Assembly: GCA_002269645.1 (NCBI GenBank)
Contig: NIVC01000237.1
Span: forward strand, 310,001 to 374,000
Direction: 5' to 3'
Length of the DNA: 64,000 nt
Origin: Macrostomum lignano
Taxonomy: Eukaryota
Positions within the stretch are counted from its first letter, which is position 1; each line of letters starts with the position of its first letter. Under the pieces are notes generated by a model that was not told the DNA's origin, ran no database searches, and saw only the letters and a list, made by a program, of their open reading frames with translations. This document shows, one piece after another, positions 33,267 through 45,370 of the stretch. The position numbers and the translations under genes were made by a program.

Positions 33267-33469
33267 AAGGTTGACAGATTTTTTAAGATTTCAAGGCTTA
33301 TGGGGCATTGCTAAGATGTCAAGGGGATTGATATGCTAAGGCTTGTGGGGGGATTTTCTGACATGTCAAGGCTTACAAGGTATAATGCAAAGAGACGCTT
33401 ACATGTAGTTTATTAAAAAAACTTGTACTGCATTTTTTTGGCTCCCCAACGGGGGGCGCTGATTGCTAG

Positions 33470-36220
33470 TTCCAGTCTAATTGGGTAGCTATTCCAGTCT
33501 AATTGAGTAGCTATTCCAGTCTAATTGGGTAGCTTTTCCAGTATAATTGGGTAGCTATTCCAGTCTAATTGGGTAGCTATTCCAGTCTAATTGGGTAGCT
33601 ATTCCAGTCTAATTGGGTAGCTATTCCAGTCTAATTGAGTAGCTATTCCAGTCTAATTGGGTAGCCATTCCAGTCTAATTGGGTAGCTATTCCAGTCTAA
33701 TTGGGTAGCCATTCCAGTCTAATTGGGTAGCTATTCCAGTCTAATTGGGTAGCTATTCCAGTCTAATTGGGTAGCTATTCCAGTATAATTGGGTAGCTAT
33801 TCCAGTCTAATTGGGTAGCCATTCCAGTCTAATTGGGTAGCCATTCCAGTATAATTGGGTAGCTATTCCAGTATAATTGGGTAGCTATTCCAGTCTAATT
33901 GGGTAGCTATTCCAGTCTAATTGGGTAGCCATTCCAGTCTAATTGGGTAGCTATTCCAGTCTAATTGGGTAGCCATTCCAGTATAATTGGGTAGCTATTC
34001 CAGTATAATTGGGTAGCTATTCCAGTCTAATTGGGTAGCCATACCAGTCTAATTGGGTAGCTATTCCAGTATAACTGGGTAGCTATTCCAGTCTAATTGG
34101 GTAGCTATTCCAGTATAATTGGGTAGCTATTCCAGTCTAATTTGGGTAGCTATTCCAGTATAACTGGGTAGCTATTCCAGTCTAATTGGGTAGCTATTCC
34201 AGTCTAATTGGGTAGCTATTCCAGTATAATTGGGTAGCTATTCCAGTATAATTGGGTAGCTATTCCAGTCTAATTGGGTAGCTATTCCAGTCTAATTGGG
34301 TAGCTATTCCAGTATAATTGGGTAGCTATTCCAGTATAATTGGGTAGCTATTCCAGTCTAATTGGGTAGCTATTCCAGTCTAATTGAGTAGCTATTCCAG
34401 TCTAATTGGGTAGCTATTACAGTCTAATTGGGTAGCTATTCCAGTCTAATTGGGTAGCCATTCCAGTCTAATTGGGTAGCTATTCCAGTCTAATTGGGTA
34501 GCCATTCCAGTCTAATTGGGTAGCTATTCCAGTCTAATTGGGTAGCTATTCCAGTCTAATTGGGTAGCTATTCCAGTCTAATTGGGTAGCTATTCCAGTC
34601 TAATTGGGTAGCCATTCCAGTCTAATTGGGTAGCCATTCCAGTCTAATTGGGTAGCTATTCCAGTATAATTGGGTAGCTATTCCAGTCTAATTGGGTAGC
34701 TATTCCAGTCTAATTGGGTAGCCATTCCAGTCTAATTGGGTAGCTATTCCAGTCTAATTGGGTAGCTATTACAGTCTAATTGGGTAGCTATTCCAGTCTA
34801 ATTGGGTAGCCATTCCAGTCTAATTGGGTAGCTATTCCAGTCTAATTGGGTAGCTATTCCAGTATAATTGGGTAGCTATTCCAGTCTAATTGGGTAGCTA
34901 TTCCAGTCGAATTGGGTAGCTATTCCAGTATAATTGGGTAGCTATTCCAGTCTAATTGGGTAGCTATTCCAGTCGAATTGGGTAGCTATTCCAGTCTAAT
35001 TGGGTAGCTATTCCAGTCTAATTGGGTAGCTATTCCAGTCTAATTGGGTAGCCATTCCAGTCTAATTGGGTAGCTATTCCAGTCTAATTGGGTAGCCATT
35101 CCAGTCTAATTGGGTAGCTATTCCAGTCTAATTGGGTAGCCATTCCAGTCTAATTGGGTAGCCATTCCAGTATAATTGGGTAGCTATTCCAGTATAATTG
35201 GGTAGCTATTCCAGTCTAATTGGGTAGCTATTCCAGTCTAATTGGGTAGCCATTCCAGTCTAATTGGGTAGCTATTCCAGTCTAATTGGGTAGCCATTCC
35301 AGTATAATTGGGTAGCTATTCCAGTATAATTGGGTAGCTATTCCAGTCTAATTGGGTAGCCATTCCAGTCTAATTGGGTAGCTATTCCAGTATAACTGGG
35401 TAGCTATTCCAGTCTAATTGGGTAGCTATTCCAGTATAATTGGGTAGCTATTCCAGTCTAATTTGGGTAGCTATTCCAGTATAACTGGGTAGCTATTCCA
35501 GTCTAATTGGGTAGCTATTCCAGTCTAATTGGGTAGCTATTCCAGTATAATTGGGTAGCTTTTCCAGTATAATTGGGTAGCTATTCCAGTCTAATTGGGT
35601 AGCTATTCCAGTCTAATTGGGTAGCTATTCCAGTATAATTGGGTAGCTATTCCAGTATAATTGGGTAGCTATTCCAGTCTAATTGGGTAGCTATTCCAGT
35701 CTAATTGAGTAGCTATTCCAGTCTAATTGGGTAGCTATTACAGTATAATTGGGTAGCTATTCCAGTCTAATTGGGTAGCCATTCCAGTCTAATTGGGTAG
35801 CTATTCCAGTCTAATTGGGTAGCTATTCCAGTCTAATTGGGTAGCTATTCCAGTCTAATTGGGTAGCTATTCCAGTCTAATTGGGTAGCCATTCCAGTCT
35901 AATTGGGTAGCCATTCCAGTCTAATTGGGTAGCTATTCCAGTCTAATTGGGTAGCTATTCCAGTCTAATTGGGTAGCTATTCCAGTCTAATTGAGTAGCT
36001 ATTCCAGTCTAATTGGGTAGCTATTACAGTATAATTGGGTAGCTATTCCAGTCTAATTGGGTAGCCATTCCAGTCTAATTGGGTAGCTATTCCAGTCTAA
36101 TTGGGTAGCTATTCCAGTATAATTGGGTAGCTATTCCAGTCTAATTGGGTAGCTATTCCAGTCTAATTGGGTAGCCATTCCAGTCTAATTGGGTAGCTAT
36201 TCCAGTCTAATTTGGGTAGC
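33470..36220. repeat. 22-bp satellite (CTATTCCAGTCTAATTGGGTAG)n, about 125 units
   Basis: Direct reading. Confidence 0.97.
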
Positions 36221-36574
36221 GACTCGCTCTAAACTATTACTTTGTACATGCAATAAAATTTTTATAATGAAGCAAAAAGTTCGAACTAAATCGAATAGGA
36301 TTAAAACTAAAACATCAATCGCCAAGACAGTAAAAAATTTGAAAGTACATGGAAGTGCTTTATATTTTGGGTTAATAGAACTTTACAGTTAGTTCCGTTC
36401 AAATCAAAAATAACGCAAAGTTAGAAATTTCCATGTAATCTACAGTAGTATTATACAAACTGATCTCATATTGTGTGATATAGCTTTTGAATTTTTTATG
36501 TTCAAACTCTCTAGTAATCTAAAATGTAGCATTTCCTATGAGTTATGAACAGTCCGATAAATTGGTGCCTGTTG

Positions 36575-37315
36575 GTCATGGGACTCACAACGGGATTGGG
36601 GTCATGGGACTCACAACGGGATTGGGGTCATGGGACTCACAACGGGATTGGGGTCATGGGACTCACAACGGGATTGGGATCATGGGACTCACAACGGGAT
36701 TGGGGTCATGGGACTCACAACGGGATTGGGGTCATGGGACTCACAATGGGATGGGATTGGGGTCATGGGACTCACAACGGGATTGGGATCATGGGACTCA
36801 CAACGGGATTGGGGTCATGGGACTGACTCACAACGGAATTGGGGTCATGGGACTCACAACGGGATTGGGGTCATGGGACTGACTCACAACGGGATTGGGG
36901 TCATGGGACTCACAACGGGATTGGGATCATGGGACTCACAACGGGATTGGGGTCATGGGACTGACTCACAACGGAATTGGGGTCATGGGACTCACAACGG
37001 GATTGGGGTCATGGGACTCACAACGGGATTGGGGTCATGGGACTCACAACGGGATTGGGATCATGGGACTCACAACGGGATTGGGGTCATGGGACTGACT
37101 CACAACGGAATTGGGGTCATGGGACTCACAACGGGATTGGGATCATGGGACTCACAACGGGATTGGGGTCATGGGACTGACTCACAACGGAATTGGGGTC
37201 ATGGGACTCACAACGGGATTGGGGTCATGGGACTGACTCACAACGGGATTGGGGTCATGGGACTCATAACGGGATTGGGGTCATGGGACTCACGACAGGA
37301 TTGGGGTCAAGGGAC
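36575..37315. repeat. 26-bp minisatellite (GGGACTCACAACGGGATTGGGGTCAT)n
   Basis: Direct reading. Confidence 0.95.
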
Positions 37316-37504
37316 TCAGATGAGAATGGATTGGTTGGTCGTTGGTCGTGACAATTATTCGGTCTGTGGGTCATTGACTTAATTAGAAAATAGCTGTCAA
37401 TTGAGTCAGCACAGCAGCACTGCTCTAAGAACGCATCAGAAATGTCGCAGCACAATGAGAAAGCTTATAGCATCACGATCTGGACGTCCAAGAGTAAGAC
37501 TCCA

Positions 37505-38485
37505 TTATATCTGTGAAGATCTGTATCCATAGGCAGCGAACTTTGACCTGTGCTGTGGTGTCGGAAGAGGCTGAGGCTGCTGGTGCTGCTGGTGCTGCTG
37601 GTGCTGCTGGTGCTGCTGGTGCAGCTGGTGCTGCTGGTGCTGCTGGTGCTGCTGGTGCTGTTGGTGCTGCTGGTGCTGCTGGTGCTGCTGGTGCTGTTGG
37701 TGCTGCTGGTGCTGCTGATGTTGCTGCTGCTGCTGGTGCAGCTGGTGCTGCTGGTGCTGCTGGCGCTGCTGGTGCTGCTGGTGCTGCTGATGCTGCTGGT
37801 GCTGCTGGTGCTGCTGGTGCTGCTGGTGCTGCTGGTGCTGCTGGTGCTGCTGGTGCTGCTGTAGTTGGTTCACTGAGAGCTGTACCACGGGTTCGGCAAG
37901 GCTGCCACCACTGCTGCTGCTCGCTGGACTGCAGCTGCCAATGCCGCTTGTGGACGCCGACGAGAAAGACTCTCCGGAGCCGGCCGGAGGCCTCGAGTCC
38001 GCGACGTCCGGGCACTCGCTAGTTGAGACGCCGACGAAAGCCGGGTTGGTGCAGCCGTCGGAGCCCGCTGGTGCAGCTGTCAGGGCGGCGATGGCGGGCC
38101 GCGCGGGCAGGTCGGGCAGGGCGGAGTACCTGCTGGCCGGCCGGATGCCCAGCCGAGTGCAGCGCAGCAGGCGGTCGCGGTCGAGCTGTCGCTTCACCAG
38201 CCGGAAGTGCAGACCGAAGACGAGCATGAGCAGTGCGCCGAGAATCAATAGCGCCACACCCAGGTAGGTTGCGGCTTTGGCGCCAACTGAGGCGCCGCTG
38301 TCGCCGACAGTTGCCGACACGGCGCTGCTGTCGTTGGCGGCGCCGGCCAGGACGCAGACGATGCCGAAGACGATGCTGATGAGGCTGGCGCCGAACTCGA
38401 TCCAGCAGGGCCGGGTGGCGAGGCTGCAGATCGGCTCGTGCGTGCCCGTCCGGCTGCTGCGGAGGCTCTGGCAGTCTGACGACAT
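37505..38485 (-). CDS. Putative two-pass membrane protein with Ser-rich region and (QQH)n tail
   Basis: Two hydrophobic segments (GASLISIVFGIVCVLAGAA; YLGVALLILGALLMLVFGLHF) followed by a basic stop-transfer stretch. GC-rich codons resemble neighbouring exons. The 3' repeat portion may be intronic. Confidence 0.68.
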   Translation of the reverse strand: MSSDCQSLRSSRTGTHEPICSLATRPCWIEFGASLISIVFGIVCVLAGAANDSSAVSATVGDSGASVGAKAATYLGVALLILGALLMLVFGLHFRLVKRQLDRDRLLRCTRLGIRPASRYSALPDLPARPAIAALTAAPAGSDGCTNPAFVGVSTSECPDVADSRPPAGSGESFSSASTSGIGSCSPASSSSGGSLAEPVVQLSVNQLQQHQQHQQHQQHQQHQQHQQHQQHQQHQQHQQRQQHQQHQLHQQQQQHQQHQQHQQHQQHQQHQQHQQHQQHQQHQQHQLHQQHQQHQQHQQHQQPQPLPTPQHRSKFAAYGYRSSQI

Positions 38486-39116
38486 CGCTTTTGAACTGAG
38501 AATTTTGACGGCTGCTCAACAGTAGCTAAGCCTACATTACTGTCAGAACAATCTGCAGTGGGCAGCCTTTAGGGTGCAATTCAAGACTAGGAAGTGACTG
38601 AGCTCAATAATCCCCTTACTCAAATATAGGCGCACGGAGGGGGGTTGGTTGCGGGGGAGAGAAAAGAACTGAGGCCGGGGCTGCTCTGCAGCCACCTTCC
38701 TTTCCCTCGCTCTGCTCCTCTGTCTGCAGCTAGCTGGAATCACTCTCGCCCTGTGCGCTGCAGCTCAGCTTCTCAGTGCAGTGCAGTCCAATGAGGCTCC
38801 AGCGCCGAAGTACACAAGCCAGCGCTCACACGGGGACCGAGAAATGCATTGGGCTGTTCTAAAGCTTGCCGAAGCACTCTACGTGTGCGCCCATTGTTCT
38901 GCCCTTGCTTTGCTATTTGTTAGCTTTTAAACGCTAGCAAACAACAGCTGGTAATGAGCGAAGAGAAGTTTTGCAGTGTCTGTGCCAACCTTACCCCAGA
39001 GAAATGAGCTCACTGTGCACCGATTCGGGGTCATCAGCTGCCTTTTTATTTTGTTCTTAATAGGTTTTAATAAGCTGAAGCAAAGAACAAAAATCAGAGA
39101 AAAGGCAGAGATATTT

Positions 39117-39384
<268 letters not shown>

Positions 39385-39656
39385 GACGTTCTGTAAATTT
39401 ACAGTTTGTTTCTGTTTTTATGTTTTGTCAAAAGCAATACAAATCGGTTTAAAAAAGATACAAAAAACAGTTTAATTGCAGTATATTTAGCCTTCCTGCA
39501 TAGCTAGGATCATGTAAATACAAATAGAAATTATAGCACTAAAACGGATGCAAATTACGTGAGCTTGAGCTATGACAGTACCCAACAGCGTATTTGAGTA
39601 TTTACTGATAAATAGTTAATTACAAGTTATTATGCACATGCGCCCACCCAGCCTAC

Positions 39657-42620
39657 TCATAGTAGTTCGCTCTCTCGATAAATCGGAAAACTGGCCCTGC
39701 GCAGCCGCTTGATCCGGTGGTAGCTGTCCAAATAGACGCTAATGGGAAGCCGTCGAGACCAGCCGTGTACCTGCCAGCTGCCCGGCGGCAGAGTCGACTC
39801 AATGTCCGACACGCTGACCTCATCGTCGTTGGCTTCGGGCGGACAGTCATCGTCTGAGTGGCTGCCGCCTCCGCGGCCGTCGCTCTGGAAGCCGGACTCC
39901 GGCTCGCTGACCGGCCTGTCCACCTGGCCGCGCCTTGACGCCAATAACAATGGATGCTCGCTGGAGGCGCCCGTGGCTGCCAGCTGTTGCTGACGGCAGC
40001 AGCAGCGTCGAGTGCGACATCGGTGGCGACGCAGCTGCGGCTGACGTTCCCGCGGTTCCGCCGCCAAGAAGTCAGCCGCCGTGTGCTGCTTGTTGAGCAT
40101 CCCTCGACGCTGTTGACTGCTGTCGTCATTTTTGTTGACTACAACGATGCGTCGTGGCGAACGGCGAGCGGACGAGCGCGTCAGGCCGAGTAGGGCGCCT
40201 GCCAGCACCAGGAAGCTGAGCAGGCAGGACAGCAGCGCCCAGGCGGCTCCGGCTGGAACCCGGTTAACGCCTGTGGAGGCCAGGGCGGCGGCCGCAGAGC
40301 CGGCGGGCAGCAGCTCGGACAGCTGGCTTGGATCGACATCGGCGACAACAACGCGGCGGCTCCGGCTGAGCAGGGCGCACGAGGTTGCCGCGATGCGAAA
40401 TCGTCTTTGAGTAGCGGCCGCCTGAGCAGCTTGAACTCGGAGTAGCGGCTGGGCGTCGATGGACAGCGATGCCCTCGGCTGAAGCACCTGCGCGAATTCT
40501 TCCCAGCTGTCTCCCTTATCGAGGCTCGAGTCCCAAACGCCAACCTCAAGCCGGTAGTAGAGCACCGGCACCAGGGTGCTCATCGGCGGTTGCCAAGCGA
40601 TACACAGAACGCCGGCACTGACGACATCGAAGCTGGCTGGCACAGGCGGACCCGGCCGAGGCCCCAAGCTGCGCTGGATTGGCGGGAACCAGGGCCGTCC
40701 AGAGCGATCCCGGGGCAGCGGCCGGTCGGCCAGCTCAGGCGAATAGCCAGCCGTTCGGCCGGCTGTCGTCTCTGGCCGGACTCGCATCTCCAGCGCCGAA
40801 CTGCCAACCGATTTTGACGTTAGCGACAGCTCGTATGCCGTGTCGGCTAGCAGCTTGGTCACCGTGGCCTCGGTGGCCGTTGGCGGGTCTGCCAGCTGGC
40901 TATTCCAGGTCTTGTCGCCCAGGCGCCGGTACCAGACGGTGTAGTGCAATGCACGACCCGCGTCATAAGCCGGCTGCCACGTCAGATGCAGGGAGAAGGG
41001 CGTCACGCTGACGACTGTCAGGTTGGCTGGCGGGTGCGGAGAGGTGAGCTCCACCAGTAGACGCGCTGAAGCAGCCAATGGCAGCACGGGGTTCTCCAGA
41101 GCGCAGGTGTAGGTCCCCTCAAGGTCGGGTTGGACGTCCCGAACGGACAGCTCCTGGTCCAGCGGGTCATATGCAAGTCTCCTGTCCCGGTAGTCAAGGC
41201 GCCGACCGTTGCGCAGCCAGACGAGGCCGGTGGGGACATTCGAAGGTGCCCAGAATGCGCAGGGCATTCGCACCGACTCTCCCAGAGCCAGTTGGTACAG
41301 CGCCAACGGTCGGGCGATGAACCGAGGCGACTGCACTGTCTGAACAGTAAACTCGGGCGTCCAGGAGCTCCAGGTGTTGAAACTGCTGGCAGTTTGAAGG
41401 GCGCGACAGCGGTACCTGCCGGAGTGCGACGGTGTGACCAGGTTGAACCGGTAGCGCCTGCCCAGGTAGGCCGCTCCAATGGGCGAGCTGTTGCGAATCC
41501 AGTCTGTGGTATCAACTGGCGGATTAGCAAACACGGGACAGGTGAGCGAGCCCGGCTGGCCGAGCGGCAGGAACTGGTCTCGACTAGAATTCGGCAATAA
41601 AGTCGGCGGATGCAGCACAGTGACGGCGCTGGGCCGGCTTATCAAGTGCAGCTCCGATCCAACCATGACTTGGCACCGGTAGGTTCCGGAGTGACTGTGG
41701 TCCAGTGCGGGGAAAATCAAAGAGCTGTTCTGGTGGCCTACGGCGACGGACGCATCGGGCGATGAGCGAAGCGACGTCCAGAGTTTGAGCTTCGAACCCG
41801 GCTGGGCTCGCTGCCAATTGACTCGAGCGCGCAGGCCTGGGTCAGCGTGAAAGTCGCACGGCAGCTCCAGTCGGGCGCCTTCGACTGCCGTTGTTTGACT
41901 CGGCGGCGGCCGGTGAATGAAGGCGGCGCCGGCGCCGACCAGAACTGTGAAATCGAATTCGCTCACTCCGTAAGGGTTTTTTATACGACAGGCGTACCTG
42001 CCAGAATCGTTGACGTTGAGGTTGTACACCTGCAACTGTTCCGGCAAGTGCCGGTCGATGCGAACCCGGCCTCGGTTGGCCAGGGGACGCTCGTTGACCA
42101 GCCAGGAGACACTTGGCTGGGGCCGGCCGCGAAACTTCGGGCAACGAAGTACAACGTATTCGCCAGCCTGTCTGTGAAGAGTCCTGGTCAGTACAGCCGA
42201 TTCATTCGCCTCGAACTTCGGCAGCAGCCAAAGTTGAAGATGAAATTCCTGGACGCTGTTGTCGCCATTCTCCAGCTCAACACGGCATGAGTACAGGCCG
42301 TTGTCCCTCTCCCGGAGATGAGTCAGGTTGAACCGGTGCATCTGCGATGACGGAGACTGGACTGTCAGCCGGTGGAAATAGCCGCTGCCAAGGCTGGCCG
42401 GGAAATTGCCGTGCCGCTCGAACGCGAGCTTGTTTGACTTGGTGAGGCTGAGCTGCTTCACTGCTGAGACGTCTGACGGTGGCGTTCCTGTTGACGATGG
42501 AATCCGGCAGTCTAGCAGGACGCTGCCGCCCTCCACCGCGCGCAGCTCGGCGGAGTCGCCCTCGAGACAGCGCAGGGCGAGCAGCACCGCCACCAGCAGG
42601 GCCAAGAGTTTGCAGGCCAT
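39657..42620 (-). CDS. Turtle/IGSF9-like type I membrane protein (signal peptide, 5 Ig, 2 FN3, TM, cytoplasmic tail), 987 aa, intronless CDS
   Basis: Five C...W...YxC Ig units (GLYSC, GRYAC, GTYRC, GRYRC, GTYTC). Two FN3 units (PPANLTV...LTWQP; PGPP...IAWQPP). TM GAAWALLSCLLSFLVLAGALLGL. QFLPLGQPGSLTCPVFANPP resembles the Turtle/IGSF9 Ig4 start. Confidence 0.9.
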   Translation of the reverse strand: MACKLLALLVAVLLALRCLEGDSAELRAVEGGSVLLDCRIPSSTGTPPSDVSAVKQLSLTKSNKLAFERHGNFPASLGSGYFHRLTVQSPSSQMHRFNLTHLRERDNGLYSCRVELENGDNSVQEFHLQLWLLPKFEANESAVLTRTLHRQAGEYVVLRCPKFRGRPQPSVSWLVNERPLANRGRVRIDRHLPEQLQVYNLNVNDSGRYACRIKNPYGVSEFDFTVLVGAGAAFIHRPPPSQTTAVEGARLELPCDFHADPGLRARVNWQRAQPGSKLKLWTSLRSSPDASVAVGHQNSSLIFPALDHSHSGTYRCQVMVGSELHLISRPSAVTVLHPPTLLPNSSRDQFLPLGQPGSLTCPVFANPPVDTTDWIRNSSPIGAAYLGRRYRFNLVTPSHSGRYRCRALQTASSFNTWSSWTPEFTVQTVQSPRFIARPLALYQLALGESVRMPCAFWAPSNVPTGLVWLRNGRRLDYRDRRLAYDPLDQELSVRDVQPDLEGTYTCALENPVLPLAASARLLVELTSPHPPANLTVVSVTPFSLHLTWQPAYDAGRALHYTVWYRRLGDKTWNSQLADPPTATEATVTKLLADTAYELSLTSKSVGSSALEMRVRPETTAGRTAGYSPELADRPLPRDRSGRPWFPPIQRSLGPRPGPPVPASFDVVSAGVLCIAWQPPMSTLVPVLYYRLEVGVWDSSLDKGDSWEEFAQVLQPRASLSIDAQPLLRVQAAQAAATQRRFRIAATSCALLSRSRRVVVADVDPSQLSELLPAGSAAAALASTGVNRVPAGAAWALLSCLLSFLVLAGALLGLTRSSARRSPRRIVVVNKNDDSSQQRRGMLNKQHTAADFLAAEPRERQPQLRRHRCRTRRCCCRQQQLAATGASSEHPLLLASRRGQVDRPVSEPESGFQSDGRGGGSHSDDDCPPEANDDEVSVSDIESTLPPGSWQVHGWSRRLPISVYLDSYHRIKRLRRASFPIYRESELL

Positions 42621-44062
42621 GCAGATGATTAGGCCTCTGTTGCTTCTTTACAGTCTTGAGCAGACATTTCTCAGCCACCGATGCTCAGCCTTTGGCTTCC
42701 TTTTCTTTGCAGGTGTAGAACTAATTTAGCTAATTTAATTAACGCAAAATAAGTTGCTGCGCAGTTTGCATTAGAAATTGTCCAGAATTTGGGCTCCCTG
42801 TGCAAAGATTTTCTCAGCCAGGAGAGAGGCTCATTGTTCACTTAATCTCCGCTGGTTCCTCGCCTGAGGAAGTCTGGCTGTTGCGGCTAGGAATGCGAGA
42901 GGCGAGAGCGATCTCTCAGCTCCTGGTCCTGATTATCTTCACTTTGCTGTTGAATTGTGTTCAAGGCCTGCTTTTTATCCTCTTCACTTCTCTGCAGAAA
43001 AAAACAGCTTGCTTGGCTTCCACAGTGATTGCCTAATGCAAGCTGCGTCCGACTGCCACCTTGCCCACCCCTGCCGCCCCGAGGCCACATGGGGTTCGTT
43101 CAGCTAGGGGGGCTGCCCGCGACCACCCAGTTAGTGAGGTCTTGGTTGGCTGGCTGGCTGATTGAACAGTAGGCGGCCTTCCCTGGGCCATCTCTCCTAT
43201 CGGTTCTGCCTCTCTCTCTCTCTCCGGCTCTCACTCACTCTGCGCCGTTCCGTGCAGTGAGTCACAGTCGGAGCCGCTCCGCTCACGCGCGCGTGGCCCC
43301 CTTCTCTTCCCGCCTTCCTTATCTCGGCCCCTACAAGACCTGCGTAAGTTAAGTCGTCCTTTGTCTGTGTTGTGTATCTCGTGAGCACGTTCATTAGCAG
43401 GCACAGACAGCTATGAGCGGTCTGGGCGCGTTATTGGAGGACCTTACAGACAGAAAAAGAAGGAAGTGAGGTCTAGGACTCCAGACTGTAGAACACCCCC
43501 AGCACCCAAGGACCCATGAACGAGAGAATGTAGAAAGCGATGAAGACCGGTTTTTTCAACTCTCCCCAGCTCCAGTCTTCTCTGCTCCAGTGAGTACAGT
43601 TGGAGAAAGGCGGGTTGGGTGGGGGCGGAGGGCGAGCAGAGCAGATGGAGTATTCGGAGTGTGGGTGTGGGTTGCGATATTGCGTAACCGAGCAGCTGCC
43701 AGACAGGCCTGGTCGCCACGGGCTGCGAGACCCACGAACCCTATGCCAACAGTACCTACCATATTTGCAAAGCATTCGAAACCCTGAACGAAAATGGATC
43801 GAGATGGCTTTCTATTCTCTGCCCCTTGACAGAAACTGTACAGCCAATATTGACTGCCGTGGAGAGGGAGAGGCAGAGAGGCTGTGTTGACAGTGACAGA
43901 TGAGGCTCGAGGATCGACGAGCGAAAAAATGAATTTCAGGCTGCGCTCGAGTGCAGACGTATAGAAATGGGCCTGAGGTCGACGCTGGTGACGAATGCGG
44001 ATTTCTGTGCAAACTGGTGCAAATTTGCTTTAGCAAGTTTGTCAGTAGCTGATTTCAGTCCG

Positions 44063-44170
44063 CCCAAAATGAGTGTCTGTCTGCTGCGCCAAAATGAGTG
44101 TTAGTGGCGCCAAAATGAGTGCCTGCGGCTCCAAAATGAGTGCCTGCGGCTTTAAAATGAGTGCTAACAA
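44063..44170. repeat. Short repeat of about 20 bp (CCAAAATGAGTGCCTGCGGCT-like), about 5 copies
   Basis: AAAATGAGTG recurs five times. Confidence 0.8.
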
Positions 44171-44904
44171 CACCGATTCCCCAAATAATGTAGGAATGTA
44201 GTCATGTAGAATTATCGGCGTTGTTCTCCCTCCCCCCTCGCCATAAAATCCACGACGACGTCCCTGACAGCAATGGATGCATATAGAAAGAAGACCGGTA
44301 TTAGCTGTGGTGTGAATTTATTGGGCATGAATTATGAAATCAGGAATGGTAACAAGATTTAATGCAGGATTTAGTGATGAGTCAGACTGAGAGAAGGCAT
44401 CACGAGAGGCAGAACAACTGGAGCAGAGATATGGCAGCCAAGCACTTGAACGAAGGGCCATTTCCTGCATGCAGCAAGATCCAGCGATGACAGAATTGCA
44501 TTATGTTAGCCAGCCTGGTGCTTCATTCAGTTCAATAATAGCTATAGGCTCCCTCTGACATTGCTTAGACTGACATGTCGTTGTCAAACACGCAAATGGG
44601 TTGCGTTTTTTTGTGCCTGGGCAGGCAGTTCTAGCAGGCGGTAGGTTGCGTAATTCTGAAGCAGTTAGTGGCTCTGCCAATTTTAAGTGAACTGGAAGAG
44701 GGACAGTGCAATTGTTCTGCATGACTACTTTGCAAACAATTGTGGATTAACCATGTGCAGTAGCTATGGTGTTACTTGGAGACTCACTCAGGCAGCTCCC
44801 ACTGGGATTGAAATGAGTTTACTGCTTAACGGCAATGGGCCAGGCATCCAGGGGAGGTTGAATGGGGGTCAGATGTCCTCCTAGTAAAAATGGGGGTCCA
44901 TGTT

Positions 44905-45370
44905 CTGAGGAGCTATGTTAGCGCTAAAATCTCCTCTGAGGAACTAGGCTGGCGCTAAAAATCTCCTCTGAGGAACTTGGTTAGCGCTAAAATCTCCTCT
45001 GAGGAACTAGGCTGGTGCTAAAATCTCCTCTGAGGAGCTATAGGTTGGCGCTATACAATCTCTCCTCTAGAGCTAAATTGGCGCTATACAATCTCTCCTC
45101 TAGAGCTAAATTGGCGCTAAAATCTCTCCTCTAGAGCTAAATTGGCGCTATACAATCTCTCCTCTAGAGCTAAATTGGCGCTATACAATCTCTCCTCTAG
45201 AGCTAAATTGGCGCTAAAATCTCTCCTCTAGAGCTAAATTGGCGCTAAAATCTCTCCTCTAGAGCTAAATTGGCGCTACAATCTCTCCTCTGGAGCTAAA
45301 TTGGCGCTACAATCTCTCCTCTAGAGCTAAATTGGCGCTACAATCTCTCCTCTAGAACTTAAATTAGCGC
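44905..45370. repeat. About 31-bp minisatellite (AATCTCTCCTCTAGAGCTAAATTGGCGCTAC)n
   Basis: Direct reading. Confidence 0.9.

Larger units (their letters stand above)
28952..33469 (+). mobile_element. Non-autonomous Helitron, 4518 bp
   Basis: Starts TC after host A28951 and ends CTAG (33466-69) before host T33470, with no TSD. Hairpin GCTCCCC-AAC-GGGGGGC at 33441-33457 lies 8 nt before CTAG. The 5' end has AATATACTAAAAATG, (GCTT)n and AACCGATTTTCATG, in the style of Helitron 5' ends. Removing it restores a perfect satellite unit. No RepHel ORF. Confidence 0.88.

Noticed and set aside
43600-44036. Short ORFs upstream of the Turtle-like gene
   Set aside because: No recognisable domains or consistent splice structure. 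More likely 5' UTR/promoter or decayed TE.
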